From: a bacterium
Lineage (GTDB): Bacteria; Methylomirabilota; Methylomirabilia; CAVQYV01
Assembly (NCBI GenBank): GCA_043800755.1
Contig: JAZDMQ010000099.1
Location: forward strand, 1 to 10,068
Length of the DNA stretch: 10,068 nt
Direction: 5' to 3'
Below, one piece after another: positions 1 through 8,744 of the stretch. How positions within the stretch are numbered: position 1 is the first letter of the stretch; each line of letters starts with the position of its first letter. Below the pieces are notes generated by a model. That model saw only the letters and a program-made list of their open reading frames with translations. It was not told the DNA's origin and searched no databases. The translations under genes were made by a program, and so were the position numbers.

Positions 1-411
1 TTCGGCATCGAAAAGCCGAAGGCTGCAATTATTGCCGCGGTGGAGAAGGTCAATCCCAAGATGGGTGAGACCCTGGATGCCGCAGTCCTCTCCAAGATGG
101 CAGAGAGAGGGCAAATCAAAGGGGCAATCGTGGATGGGCCCCTCTCACTGGATGTGGCAGTGTGCAAGGAATGTTGTGAAATCAAGGGATTGCAGTCCGC
201 CGTGGATGGAGATGCGGACATCCTCATCTTTCCGAACATTGAGACGGCGAATGTCTTCTTCAAGACCTGCACCCAGTTGGCAGGGGGAGAGGGCGCCGGC
301 CTCGTCGCCGGGACCGAAGTTCCGTGCATTTTGACTTCCAGGGCCGATTCAGAGGATAGCAAGTTCTATTCGATTGCGCTCGGGGCTTTGTTGGCAGGGG
401 GGAGAAAATGA
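1..411 (+). CDS. ptb: Phosphate butyryltransferase-like phosphotransacylase (PTA_PTB family), C-terminal part; 5' end lies outside the window
   Basis: Frame is open from base 1 (FGIEKPKAAIIAAVEKVNPKM...). Ptb-type motifs: EKVNPKM, DAAVLSKMAERGQIKGAIVDGPL, DADILIFPNIE, PCILTSRADS..SK..SIALG. Its TGA overlaps the ackA ATG (ATGA, 408-411). Substrate preference cannot be read from the sequence. Confidence 0.85.
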   Translation, partial: FGIEKPKAAIIAAVEKVNPKMGETLDAAVLSKMAERGQIKGAIVDGPLSLDVAVCKECCEIKGLQSAVDGDADILIFPNIETANVFFKTCTQLAGGEGAGLVAGTEVPCILTSRADSEDSKFYSIALGALLAGGRK

Positions 412-1763
412 TCATCCTGTGCCTAAACTGCGGAAGCTCATCCGTTAAGCACTCACTCTATAATTGGGACAAGAAAGAGACCATCGCCAGTGGCATTGTG
501 GAGAGGGTCACGGTTGGCGGCAGTTTCATTGCCCATGAGGTGCCTGGTCGGGAGAAGATCAAGAGGTCACACCCCTGCCCGGATCATAGAGAGGCCTTCA
601 AACTGGTCGTGGATACCCTCACCAACTCTGAATTCGGGGTGATCCAGGATATGTCCGTCATCTCCGCGGTAGGGCACCGGGTGGTCCACGGGGGCGAGCG
701 GTTTGCCAAATCGGTCATCATCAATCCCGAGGTGCTCAATACCTTCAAAGGATTGTCGGACCTCGCCCCTTTGCATAATCCTCCCAATATTTTGGGAATC
801 GAGGCCGCCATGGAGCTGCTGCCCACCATCCCCCACATGGCGATCATGGATACCGCCTGGCACCAGACGATGCCGAAGCATGCATTTATCTATGCCCTGC
901 CCTATGAATGGTATGAGAAGTATAAGATAAGGCGATATGGGTTTCACGGGACCTCGCTCCTCTATGTGGCGAAGAGGGCGGCCGTCTTGCTCAATAAGGA
1001 CCCATTCAAATGCAATCTCGTCACCTGTCACATTGGAAATGGCGTCTCCCTGAATGCGGTGAAGGATGGTTTATCTTATGATACCAGCATGGGATTTACC
1101 CCGTTGGAGGGGATGGTGATGGGAACGCGCCCCGGCGACCACGATGCGGCCATTGATTTTTATGTCATGCAAAAGGAGAACCTTTCGCCCAAAGAGATGG
1201 ATACCATCCTCAACCGGAAATCAGGGATCTTAGGGATTACCGGCAAGTATACCGACCGACGGGATGTGGAGGAGGCGGCGGCGAGAGGCGAGGCCCGGGC
1301 AGAGCTGGCGATCGAGATCGAGGCCTACAGGATCAAGAAATACATTGGTGCCTATGCCGCCGCAATCGGTGGGATTGATGCAGTGGTCTTTACCGCAGGG
1401 GTGGGAGAGATGTCCCCCACCCTGAGGAGGAAGGCGTTGGATGGGCTCGAATTCGCGGGGATTCAATACGATAAGGAAAAAAACGAGATTGCCAAGACCA
1501 GAAATGCCGAATGTGACATCTCAGGAGAGGGCTCCCCGGTGAAGATATTCGTCATCCCCACCGATGAAGAGAGGGTCTCCATCGAGGATGTAGTCGCACT
1601 GCTGGAGGGCAGGTACGACGTCCATACCCATTTCACCTACAAATTCCAGTCTCCCGACTATCGGAATTCCCTGCGGGATAAATCCTTTGAGAGGGAATGC
1701 GAGAGGGTGCCTCAACTCCGTAAAGTCGTTGCGAAAATCCCCGGGGCATTGCATTCGGGGTAA
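408..1763 (+). CDS. ackA: Acetate kinase (long form, 451 aa)
   Basis: Acetokinase motifs LNCGSSS, GHRVVHGG, LAPLHNP, DTAWH, YGFHGTS, HIGNG, DTSMGFTPLEG..MGTR, VFTAGVGE, IPTDEE. SD-like GGGGGGAG lies just upstream. Confidence 0.96.
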   Translation: MIILCLNCGSSSVKHSLYNWDKKETIASGIVERVTVGGSFIAHEVPGREKIKRSHPCPDHREAFKLVVDTLTNSEFGVIQDMSVISAVGHRVVHGGERFAKSVIINPEVLNTFKGLSDLAPLHNPPNILGIEAAMELLPTIPHMAIMDTAWHQTMPKHAFIYALPYEWYEKYKIRRYGFHGTSLLYVAKRAAVLLNKDPFKCNLVTCHIGNGVSLNAVKDGLSYDTSMGFTPLEGMVMGTRPGDHDAAIDFYVMQKENLSPKEMDTILNRKSGILGITGKYTDRRDVEEAAARGEARAELAIEIEAYRIKKYIGAYAAAIGGIDAVVFTAGVGEMSPTLRRKALDGLEFAGIQYDKEKNEIAKTRNAECDISGEGSPVKIFVIPTDEERVSIEDVVALLEGRYDVHTHFTYKFQSPDYRNSLRDKSFERECERVPQLRKVVAKIPGALHSG

Positions 1764-1767
1764 CCCT

Positions 1768-1805
1768 TGAGGTGAGGTCTTTACCTGTCTCCCCCTCATT
1801 TTTTT
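1768..1805 (+). terminator. Probable intrinsic terminator after ackA
   Basis: TGAGG (1768-1772) pairs with CCTCA (1794-1798), with an inner AGGT-cttt-ACCT hairpin. A T7 tract follows at 1799-1805. The stem is imperfect. Confidence 0.55.
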
Positions 1806-1932
1806 CTGGTAGTTGGACTGCTCTTCGGTTAAGATGTTTGGGGGGTGCCAGGTGCTTGGGCCGGCAGGGGAAGAAGCCACTTCCGCTAAGAGAAAGGACT
1901 TGGCTTGGATCTGAGCACAGGATTTCGCCTCA

Positions 1933-2077
1933 GGCCTCCTCCTTGGGACGTTCCCACTGGGCCAGCGACTTCCCCGAGATCATCGGGGGGAATGTCGACC
2001 CCCTTCGATTATGCAATAGGGCAGAGAAGCCTGCTCTTGCCATCGCTGCCCGATCCAGTTTGGGGGAGGAGAAATGA
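1933..2077 (+). pseudogene. Probable degenerate 3' remnant of an ADP-forming acetate/acyl-CoA ligase (ACD; ATP-grasp domain C-terminus)
   Basis: Translation ...RSHWASDFPEIIGGNVDPLRLCNRAEKPALAIAARSSLGEEK* resembles the ACD C-terminal consensus (roughly RLSQLvtDFPEIvElDiNPL...gaxAvDARi.l). DFPEI (1967-1981) is intact while E-D-N and the D of DAR have decayed. The stop overlaps the next ATG (ATGA). There is no credible start and no N-terminal domains. Confidence 0.55.
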
Positions 2078-3144
2078 TCCCGCTCTTCATCAATTCCACC
2101 GCCAGGTATTCGGGAAAGAGCCTTCTAACTCTGGGCATGGGACTGAAGTTCAAGCGAGACGGCTTTCGCCTGGGTTACTTCAAACCGGTAGGGTGGCTTC
2201 CCGTAAAGATGGAGGGGGGGATCTGTGATCAGGATGCCTTTTTTATGAAGAAGGCCCTCGACCTGCAGGAACCTCTGGATCATATCTGTCCGGTGGTCAT
2301 GACTCAGGAGCTGATCCAGTTAGCCTATGAGGGCAAGGTCCAAGACCTTGGGCAGAAGATCCTAAATTCCTTTGGCCTGGTCTGCCAGGATCAGGATATC
2401 GTCCTGGTAGAGGGGGCGGGAAGCCTTTTCGAGGGCGGCTTCGTCGGCGCGAGGGGGATTGAATTGGCGGCTGCCCTGGATGCGAAGATCCTCCTCATCG
2501 ATTGGTATCACGACGGTATTGCCACCATCGATTCCCTCCTGGATGCTAAGGAGTTGGTGGGCGATCGTCTGATCGGTGGATTAATCAACCGGGTTGCAGG
2601 GGATAAGATCGATTTCGTGCGCAAGAAGGTCTTGCCCTTTCTGGCCCACCGGGAGATTGATATCCTGGCGGTGATTCCAGAGGAGAAGATCCTGGCGGCC
2701 ATCAGCATACGCAACCTGGCCGAGATCCTCTACGGATCCGTCATCTGCCGGGGTGATCGGCTGGATGAGTTGGTGGAGGGCCTCATGGTGGGGGCCATGA
2801 GCATGGAGAATGCCCTGAAATACTTTCAGCGACAACAGAATATTGTCGTCATCACCGGCGGCGATCGTCTGGACATTCAACTGGCGGCCCTGGAGACCCC
2901 GGTCAAAGGGATCATCTTGACCGGGGGGTTCTATCCCAATGAGATCATCGTGACCCGGGCCGAGGAGAGGGGCGTGCCCCTGATCCTGGTGGATCAGGAT
3001 ACCTTTGCGGTGGTAAAGCGTTTTGATTCGATACTGGGCAGACTGGAGTTTAAAGAGGAGAAGAAGATAGAAAAAGCCCGGGACCTGATCGCGCAGGAGG
3101 TCGATTTTCCCCTTCTGTATCGGAGGATGGGGCTTTCCTCTTGA
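2074..3144 (+). CDS. Stand-alone phosphotransacetylase N-terminal-like protein (BioD-like/AAA_26 P-loop domain + DRTGG domain), lacking the catalytic PTA_PTB domain
   Basis: N-terminal STARYSGKS P-loop-like motif, GYFKPVG, VLVEGAGS, GAM, VVITGGDRLDIQLAALE, IILTGG. Strong SD GGAGGAG just upstream. Confidence 0.9.
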   Translation: MIPLFINSTARYSGKSLLTLGMGLKFKRDGFRLGYFKPVGWLPVKMEGGICDQDAFFMKKALDLQEPLDHICPVVMTQELIQLAYEGKVQDLGQKILNSFGLVCQDQDIVLVEGAGSLFEGGFVGARGIELAAALDAKILLIDWYHDGIATIDSLLDAKELVGDRLIGGLINRVAGDKIDFVRKKVLPFLAHREIDILAVIPEEKILAAISIRNLAEILYGSVICRGDRLDELVEGLMVGAMSMENALKYFQRQQNIVVITGGDRLDIQLAALETPVKGIILTGGFYPNEIIVTRAEERGVPLILVDQDTFAVVKRFDSILGRLEFKEEKKIEKARDLIAQEVDFPLLYRRMGLSS

Positions 3145-3186
3145 GCCCCCGAGGACGATTGGAGCGAGTGGAGGAATAAGGAAGCG

Positions 3187-4086
3187 ATGGCGAAGCGCTT
3201 TTATACAATTCTCATCCTACCGGATGCCACCCGGCCTCCGCTGAAGTTTCACCTGACGGGGTTTACCCTGGTGAGCATCGCAGTGGGGCTATCCGCTCTC
3301 TTCCTCTGCATCTTCGTCTTCATCCTGCAATACATCAGCATGAATGCCCACATGCTGGAATTGAAGCGACTCCGCAAAGAGGTCGCCCAGGTCAATGTGG
3401 TGGGAGAGAAGATGCAAGGGATAGAGAAGGAGATGATGAGGCTCCAGGATTTCGATCGTAAGATCCGTACCATCGCGCAACTGGAACCCAACGGCCTGTC
3501 CGAGCCGATTTTGGGAGTGGGAGGGGCAGGACAGACCGAGGGCGGGATCCTGAACGAATCCATGAGGTTAGAAAAGGAACAGCTCATGGCCAAGATGGAG
3601 AAGGAGATTGCGGCCTTGGAAGGCGCTACCAAGAATCAGGAGGCGAGTTTTGTCGAGCTAAACCGCTTCTTGGAAAACAAGAGGGCTCGCCTCTCCTGCA
3701 CCCCATCTATCTGGCCCGTGCGGGGCTTGATCACCGGGGACTTCGGTTACCGTCGCTCCCCCTTCACCGGCTATAAGCAGCTCCATGAAGGGCTGGACAT
3801 AGCCACTGGTGCTGGGGCGCCCATTGTGGCCCCGGCGGATGGGACGGTTCTATTCTCTGGGTTCGTGGGGGGTTGGGGCAATGTGCTTATCCTCAATCAC
3901 GGATACGGGTGTCGCACCTTCTTTGCCCACAATTCCCGTAACCTGGTCTCCACCGGGAAGAAGGTGAAGAGGGGAGAGGTTATCGCCCATCTGGGGAATA
4001 CTGGCAATACCACTGGCCCCCACCTTCATTACGAGGTCCATGTCAATGGGGCCTCCCGGGATCCTTTGAAATACATCATCGATTGA
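3187..4086 (+). CDS. M23-family Zn metallopeptidase (peptidoglycan DD-endopeptidase) with N-terminal membrane anchor and coiled coil
   Basis: Hydrophobic helix (LVSIAVGLSALFLCIFVFIL), coiled-coil region, PSIWPVRG, HEGLD (HxxxD), GNTGNTTGPHLHYEV (HxH), and terminal DPLKYI. Confidence 0.93.
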   Translation: MAKRFYTILILPDATRPPLKFHLTGFTLVSIAVGLSALFLCIFVFILQYISMNAHMLELKRLRKEVAQVNVVGEKMQGIEKEMMRLQDFDRKIRTIAQLEPNGLSEPILGVGGAGQTEGGILNESMRLEKEQLMAKMEKEIAALEGATKNQEASFVELNRFLENKRARLSCTPSIWPVRGLITGDFGYRRSPFTGYKQLHEGLDIATGAGAPIVAPADGTVLFSGFVGGWGNVLILNHGYGCRTFFAHNSRNLVSTGKKVKRGEVIAHLGNTGNTTGPHLHYEVHVNGASRDPLKYIID

Positions 4087-4209
4087 CCGACCCCGGGGAG
4101 GTCGCCCTGCCCGTTTTTCCGGGGCCGGGGATCTCTATCGGGGGAAGAAGGATATCCGCCTCGATCCCTATGGTTCTCTACGGGGAGGAGGCGGTTGAGG
4201 TGAGAAGCG

Positions 4210-6906
4210 ATGTTGAGAAGTATGTTGGTCAAGGTGGTAGGCACCAAGAATGAGAGGGAGCTCAAGAAGCTCTGGCCGATCGTGGAGCGGGTCGGGGAGA
4301 TCGAGCCCTCTCTCTCCTCCCTCTCCGACGACCAACTCCGAGCAAAGACCGGGGAGTTCAAGGGCCGGTTGGAGAGGGGAGAACCCCTGGATCAACTCCT
4401 GCCTGAGGCCTTTGCCATAGTGAGGGAAGCCTCAAAAAGGGTTTTGGGCATGAGGCATTATGATGTTCAAATCATTGGGGGAATCGTCCTCCACCAGGGC
4501 AAGATTGCCGAGATGAAGACGGGCGAAGGCAAGACCCTGGTCGCCACCCTCCCGGTCTATCTCAATGGACTCGCCGGTAAAGGCGTTCATGTGGTCACGG
4601 TCAACGACTACCTGGCCAAGAGGGATAGTCAGTGGATGGGCGGGGTCTACCGCTTCCTGGGGCTATCCGTGGGGCTCATCCAGCATGACATGGGAGATAG
4701 GGAGCGCCAGCAAGCCCACGCCTCGGAGGTCACCTATGGGACCAACAACGAATTTGGCTTTGACTACCTCCGGGATAATATGAAGTTCTCCCTGGAGGAT
4801 TATGTACAGAGGGGGCTGCACTACGCCATCGTGGATGAGGTTGACTCGATCCTGATTGATGAGGCCAGAACCCCCCTCATTATCTCCGGTCCGGCCGAGG
4901 AATCCACGGAGAAGTACTATCAGGTTGACCGCATCATTCCTCGCCTGAGGCCCAATCAGGACTACCAGGTGGATGAGAAGGCCCGGACCGCGAGCCTCAC
5001 CGAGGAAGGCGTCGCCAAGGCAGAACGATTCCTGGGGGTGCAGAACCTCTATGATCCTTCCCAGATGGAGATCCTCCATCACATTAACCAGGCCCTCAAG
5101 GCCCACGCCCTGTTCAAGCTGGATGTAGATTATGTGGTGAAAGACGGAGAGGTCATCATCGTCGACGAGTTCACGGGGCGGCTGATGCCAGGGCGGCGCT
5201 ATAGTGATGGGCTCCACCAGGCCCTGGAGGCCAAAGAGAAGGTGAAGATTGAGAGGGAGAACCAGACCCTGGCCTCCATCACCTTCCAGAACTACTTCCG
5301 CATGTACGAGAAGCTGGCGGGAATGACCGGCACCGCGGATACAGAGGCGGCCGAGTTCTCTACCATTTACAACCTGGAGGTGTTGGTGATTCCCACCAAT
5401 CAGCCCTTGGTCCGATATAGCTATTCGGATTTGATCTATAAGACCGAGCGGGAGAAGTTCGAGGCGGTCGTCGGGGATATTGCCGACCGCTATGGGAAGG
5501 GTCAGCCCGTCTTGGTGGGGACGATCTCTATTGAGAAGTCGGAACGGCTGGCCCGGATGCTGAAGGGCCGCGGGATTCCCCACCATGTGCTCAATGCCAA
5601 ATATCATGAAAAGGAGGCGGAGATCGTGGCCCAGGCAGGAAGGAAGGGGGCTGTGACTATTGCTACCAACATGGCAGGGCGAGGTACGGATATCCTGCTG
5701 GGTGGCAACCCGGAATTCCTGGCCCTGGATCTTCTGCAGCGCCGCGATATCGATCCCCGCGAGGCCCCCCCCGAACAGTTTCGGCAGGCGGTGGGGGAGA
5801 CGAGAAAGATCACCGAGGCGGAGCACGCGGAGGTGGTGGCCCGCGGAGGCCTGCATGTGCTCGGAACGGAGCGGCATGAGGCGAGGAGGATTGATAACCA
5901 GCTGCGGGGGAGGGCAGGGAGGCAGGGAGACCCTGGCTCCTCGCAATTCTTTCTCTCGCTCGAGGATGACCTGTTGCGCCTCTTCGGGTCCGACCGGCTC
6001 TCTCGCATCATGGACAAGCTGGGGATGGAAGAGGGGCAACCCATCGAACACCGAATGGTCAGCCACGCCATCGAGACCGCCCAGACCCGGGTGGAGGCTC
6101 ACAACTTCGACATCCGCAAACACCTCATCGAGTACGACGATGTCATGAACAAGCAGCGAAAGGTGATCTATGAGCAGCGGCGGATGATCCTGGGGGGAGA
6201 GAACCTCAGGGGCCACATCATGGATATGATCGAGGAGGTGGTGGAGCGGATCGTGGACCGCTACATTCACCCCGAGGTTCATCCGGAGGAATGGGATCTG
6301 GAAGGATTGGGGGAGGCCTTGGCTGGCCAGTTTGGATTGGATTTGCCGTTAAAGATGGATCGGATGGCCAAGATCAGGCCCGAGGTCTTGAAAGAGGAAA
6401 TTCAAGAAGGGGCAGTGGAGGCTTATCAGAAGAGAGAGGAAGAGCTGGGTGCGGGGATTATGCGCCAACTGGAGACGATGATCATGCTTCAGGTGGTGGA
6501 CAGCCAGTGGAAGGATCACCTCTATTCGCTGGATCATCTCAAAGAGGGGATTGGCCTCCGGGGATATGGGCAGAAGGACCCCCTGATCGAGTACAAGCGA
6601 GAGGCCTACGACATGTTTACGGCGATGATCGAGCGGATCGAGGAGGAAAGCCTGCAATACCTGTTCAAGGTGCAGCTTCAGCCTGCGGCAAGAGAAGAGG
6701 CGGCATTAGCTCCTGAGGCCCAGCGCGCCAGGCCAGAGACCAAGCACGCCAGGTCGGAAGCCGAGCGCTACCCGGCGAAGGGATTTTTCTCCTCTGCGGT
6801 TGCTGCCTCAGTCCTGGAAGGTAATCCCCCTGCCCGGAAGATTGGACGCAATGAACCCTGCATCTGCGGCAGCGGAAAGAAATATAAGAAATGCTGCGGA
6901 AGATGA
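4210..6906 (+). CDS. secA: Preprotein translocase ATPase SecA
   Basis: [10 protein letters not shown] (Walker A), [74 protein letters not shown], and C-terminal SEC-C motif [27 protein letters not shown] at 4197-4203. Confidence 0.99.
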   Translation: MLRSMLVKVVGTKNERELKKLWPIVERVGEIEPSLSSLSDDQLRAKTGEFKGRLERGEPLDQLLPEAFAIVREASKRVLGMRHYDVQIIGGIVLHQGKIAEMKTGEGKTLVATLPVYLNGLAGKGVHVVTVNDYLAKRDSQWMGGVYRFLGLSVGLIQHDMGDRERQQAHASEVTYGTNNEFGFDYLRDNMKFSLEDYVQRGLHYAIVDEVDSILIDEARTPLIISGPAEESTEKYYQVDRIIPRLRPNQDYQVDEKARTASLTEEGVAKAERFLGVQNLYDPSQMEILHHINQALKAHALFKLDVDYVVKDGEVIIVDEFTGRLMPGRRYSDGLHQALEAKEKVKIERENQTLASITFQNYFRMYEKLAGMTGTADTEAAEFSTIYNLEVLVIPTNQPLVRYSYSDLIYKTEREKFEAVVGDIADRYGKGQPVLVGTISIEKSERLARMLKGRGIPHHVLNAKYHEKEAEIVAQAGRKGAVTIATNMAGRGTDILLGGNPEFLALDLLQRRDIDPREAPPEQFRQAVGETRKITEAEHAEVVARGGLHVLGTERHEARRIDNQLRGRAGRQGDPGSSQFFLSLEDDLLRLFGSDRLSRIMDKLGMEEGQPIEHRMVSHAIETAQTRVEAHNFDIRKHLIEYDDVMNKQRKVIYEQRRMILGGENLRGHIMDMIEEVVERIVDRYIHPEVHPEEWDLEGLGEALAGQFGLDLPLKMDRMAKIRPEVLKEEIQEGAVEAYQKREEELGAGIMRQLETMIMLQVVDSQWKDHLYSLDHLKEGIGLRGYGQKDPLIEYKREAYDMFTAMIERIEEESLQYLFKVQLQPAAREEAALAPEAQRARPETKHARSEAERYPAKGFFSSAVAASVLEGNPPARKIGRNEPCICGSGKKYKKCCGR

Positions 6907-6948
6907 GGGGAAGGCGAGGAGCTTAAGAAGGGAAAGTGGAGGGGCGTT

Positions 6949-7800
6949 ATGCTGCGCGTGGCCGGGATACAGATGGCCTGTGGAGAGGAAAAGGAAGAAA
7001 ACCTGAGCCGTGCGTTGGAGTTGGCCGAGACGGCCCTCGATCGGGGGGCCAAGATCCTCTGTTTTCAGGAGTGCTTCCATATCCCCTGGATTCCCTTGGC
7101 CTCGGATAGTGATCGTTTCTCTTACGCGGAGTCCATTCCCGGGGAGGCAACGGAGAGGGTCGGGGAGCTCACCAAGAGGTATGGAGCGGTTGCCATCTGC
7201 CCCGTATTTGAGAGGGAGATGCCGGGGGTCTATTACAATTCTGCGGCGGTGATCGGACCCGAGGGGACGCTTTTGGGAAAATACCGCAAGAATCACATCC
7301 CGCAGATCCCCAACTATGAGGAGAAATTCTACTTCCGACCCGGTGACTTGGGATATCCGGTGTTTCCCACCGGATTTGCCACCTTGGGAATACAGATCTG
7401 CTGGGACAATTTCTTCCCGGAGGGCTCCCGAATTCTGGCCTTGAGGGGTGCGGAGCTTATCTTAGCCCCCACCGCCACCTCTACTTTGGCAGCGATACCC
7501 AAATGGGAGAAGATGATCGCCTCTCATGCCATAGCCAACGGCATCTTCGTCTTTCGCATCAATCGGGTGGGCCGGGAGGGAAAGATTGCCTTTTACGGGA
7601 GGAGCTTCTGCGTGGATCCCCATGGGGAATTCCTGTGCGAGCCGAGCGGGCAAGGGGATGGGGCCATCTTCGCCGATATCGATCTGGGGATGGTGAGGGA
7701 GGCTCGGGAGACTTGGGCATTCTTCCGAGATCGGCGCCCCGAGATCTATGGAGAGCTTGCTGGAAAAACCGTGGCCGTCAACGGAGATGATCAAGAATAG
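6949..7800 (+). CDS. Nitrilase/carbon-nitrogen hydrolase superfamily amidohydrolase (beta-ureidopropionase / N-carbamoylputrescine amidase-like)
   Basis: Glu-Lys-Cys triad contexts CFQECF, YRKNHIP and QICWD, plus EKFYFRPGD, NRVGRE, FYGRSF and FFRDRRPEIY. SD GGAGGGG upstream. Confidence 0.92.
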   Translation: MLRVAGIQMACGEEKEENLSRALELAETALDRGAKILCFQECFHIPWIPLASDSDRFSYAESIPGEATERVGELTKRYGAVAICPVFEREMPGVYYNSAAVIGPEGTLLGKYRKNHIPQIPNYEEKFYFRPGDLGYPVFPTGFATLGIQICWDNFFPEGSRILALRGAELILAPTATSTLAAIPKWEKMIASHAIANGIFVFRINRVGREGKIAFYGRSFCVDPHGEFLCEPSGQGDGAIFADIDLGMVREARETWAFFRDRRPEIYGELAGKTVAVNGDDQE

Positions 7801-7837
7801 GTAAGAGGCCGAGGCCATCAGGGGGCAATCCTGGCCG

Positions 7838-7864
7838 AGGGCCCCGGCCCCGGTGGCCCTTTTT
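7838..7864 (+). terminator. Probable intrinsic terminator between the convergent amidohydrolase and larB
   Basis: AGGGCC (7838-7843) pairs with GGCCCT (7855-7860), with inner CCG/CGG pairs, followed by TTTTCTT. A second GC-rich hairpin (about 7813-7836) precedes it. Confidence 0.55.
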
Positions 7865-7871
7865 CTTGCCT

Positions 7872-8657
7872 CTAAGTTCCGCTGCCTGTGTCCTTCTCTT
7901 CTCGCGTCGCCGCCATCTTGTTGATCATGCTGGCTTGAAATCCCGCCCCAAAACCATTATCGATGTTGACCACCGAGACCCCGGAGGCGCAGCTGTTGAG
8001 CATGGTCAGGAGGGCAGAGATCCCCCCCAGGCTTGCTCCATAGCCCACGCTGGTGGGGACGCCGATGACGGGCTTGTCCAGAAGCCCCCCGATGACGGAG
8101 GCCAGCGCGCCCTCCATCCCCGCCACGGCGATGACGACATTGGCGCGGAAAAGCTTCTCCTTGTTCTCCAGAAGCCGGTGCAATCCGGCCACGCCCACAT
8201 CATAGAGTCGGTCGACCCGATTCCCCAGGACCTCGGCGGTCACCGCGGCCTCCTCCGCCACGGGCATATCAGCGGTTCCGCCGCTGGCCACGACGATTAT
8301 TCCAATCCTCTTTCGTTCCCGGTTGGGATTGATGACGATGATGCGGGCCATCTCGTGATACTCAGTGTCCAGAGGAAGCTGGCGGATCCGGGCAAAGACC
8401 TCTTGGCTGGCCCGGGTAGCAAGGATATCCTGGCTGTGTTGGGCCAGTCGCTCCACGATATTCGCCACTTGATCCGGCGTCTTGCCCTGACAAAAGATGA
8501 CCTCAGGGGTACCCCCTCGCAGGTGGCGGTGATGATCGATCTTGGCGAAGCCCAGGTCCTCGAAGGGGAGCCCCTTCAATTTGAAGAGCGCCTCCTCGAT
8601 GTTAATAGACCCTTCGCTCACGCCTTTCAACAATCCCCTCAGTTTTTCCAAATCCAT
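7872..8657 (-). CDS. larB: Nickel-pincer cofactor biosynthesis protein LarB (NaAD carboxylase/hydrolase, PurE/AIR-carboxylase-like fold)
   Basis: LarB motifs EDLGFAKIDHHR, PEVIFCQGKT, GTADMPVAEEA, DVGVAGLHRL, VAGMEGAL, PTSVGYGA and MLNSCASGVSVVNIDNGFGA (with the conserved Cys). 261 aa, SD AGAGGGG upstream. Confidence 0.95.
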   Translation of the reverse strand: MDLEKLRGLLKGVSEGSINIEEALFKLKGLPFEDLGFAKIDHHRHLRGGTPEVIFCQGKTPDQVANIVERLAQHSQDILATRASQEVFARIRQLPLDTEYHEMARIIVINPNRERKRIGIIVVASGGTADMPVAEEAAVTAEVLGNRVDRLYDVGVAGLHRLLENKEKLFRANVVIAVAGMEGALASVIGGLLDKPVIGVPTSVGYGASLGGISALLTMLNSCASGVSVVNIDNGFGAGFQASMINKMAATREEKDTGSGT

Positions 8658-8716
8658 TTTTCCCCTCTTTTCGATAGCCGATGCGAAGCCAAACCTCCCT
8701 CCCGGGCCCGGAGGTT

Positions 8717-8744
8717 ATTGTATATCTATTTTCGGCCCTGTCAA
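8717..8744 (-). promoter_or_regulatory. Sigma70-type promoter for larB
   Basis: Minus strand reads TTGACA (8744-8739), 16-bp spacer, TACAAT (8722-8717), about 60 bp upstream of the larB ATG. Confidence 0.7.

Noticed and set aside
1807..1835. Promoter for the DRTGG-M23-secA unit (TAAGAT at 1830-1835)
   Set aside because: The -10 box is plausible, but there is no convincing -35 at 16-18 bp spacing.
1772..2077. 101-aa ORF as an intact gene
   Set aside because: Its GTG start lies inside the terminator hairpin and the N-terminal half looks non-coding. Only the C-terminal part resembles a protein, and that is reported as a pseudogene remnant.
4170..4253. 27-aa ORF ([27 protein letters not shown]) overlapping the secA start, as a SecM-like leader
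   Set aside because: No SD at a suitable spacing, no signal sequence and no arrest-like motif such as RAGP or RAPP.
4663..6282. 539-aa antisense ORF inside secA
   Set aside because: It is a codon-register mirror of a GC-rich conserved gene, with no recognisable motifs: a typical shadow ORF.
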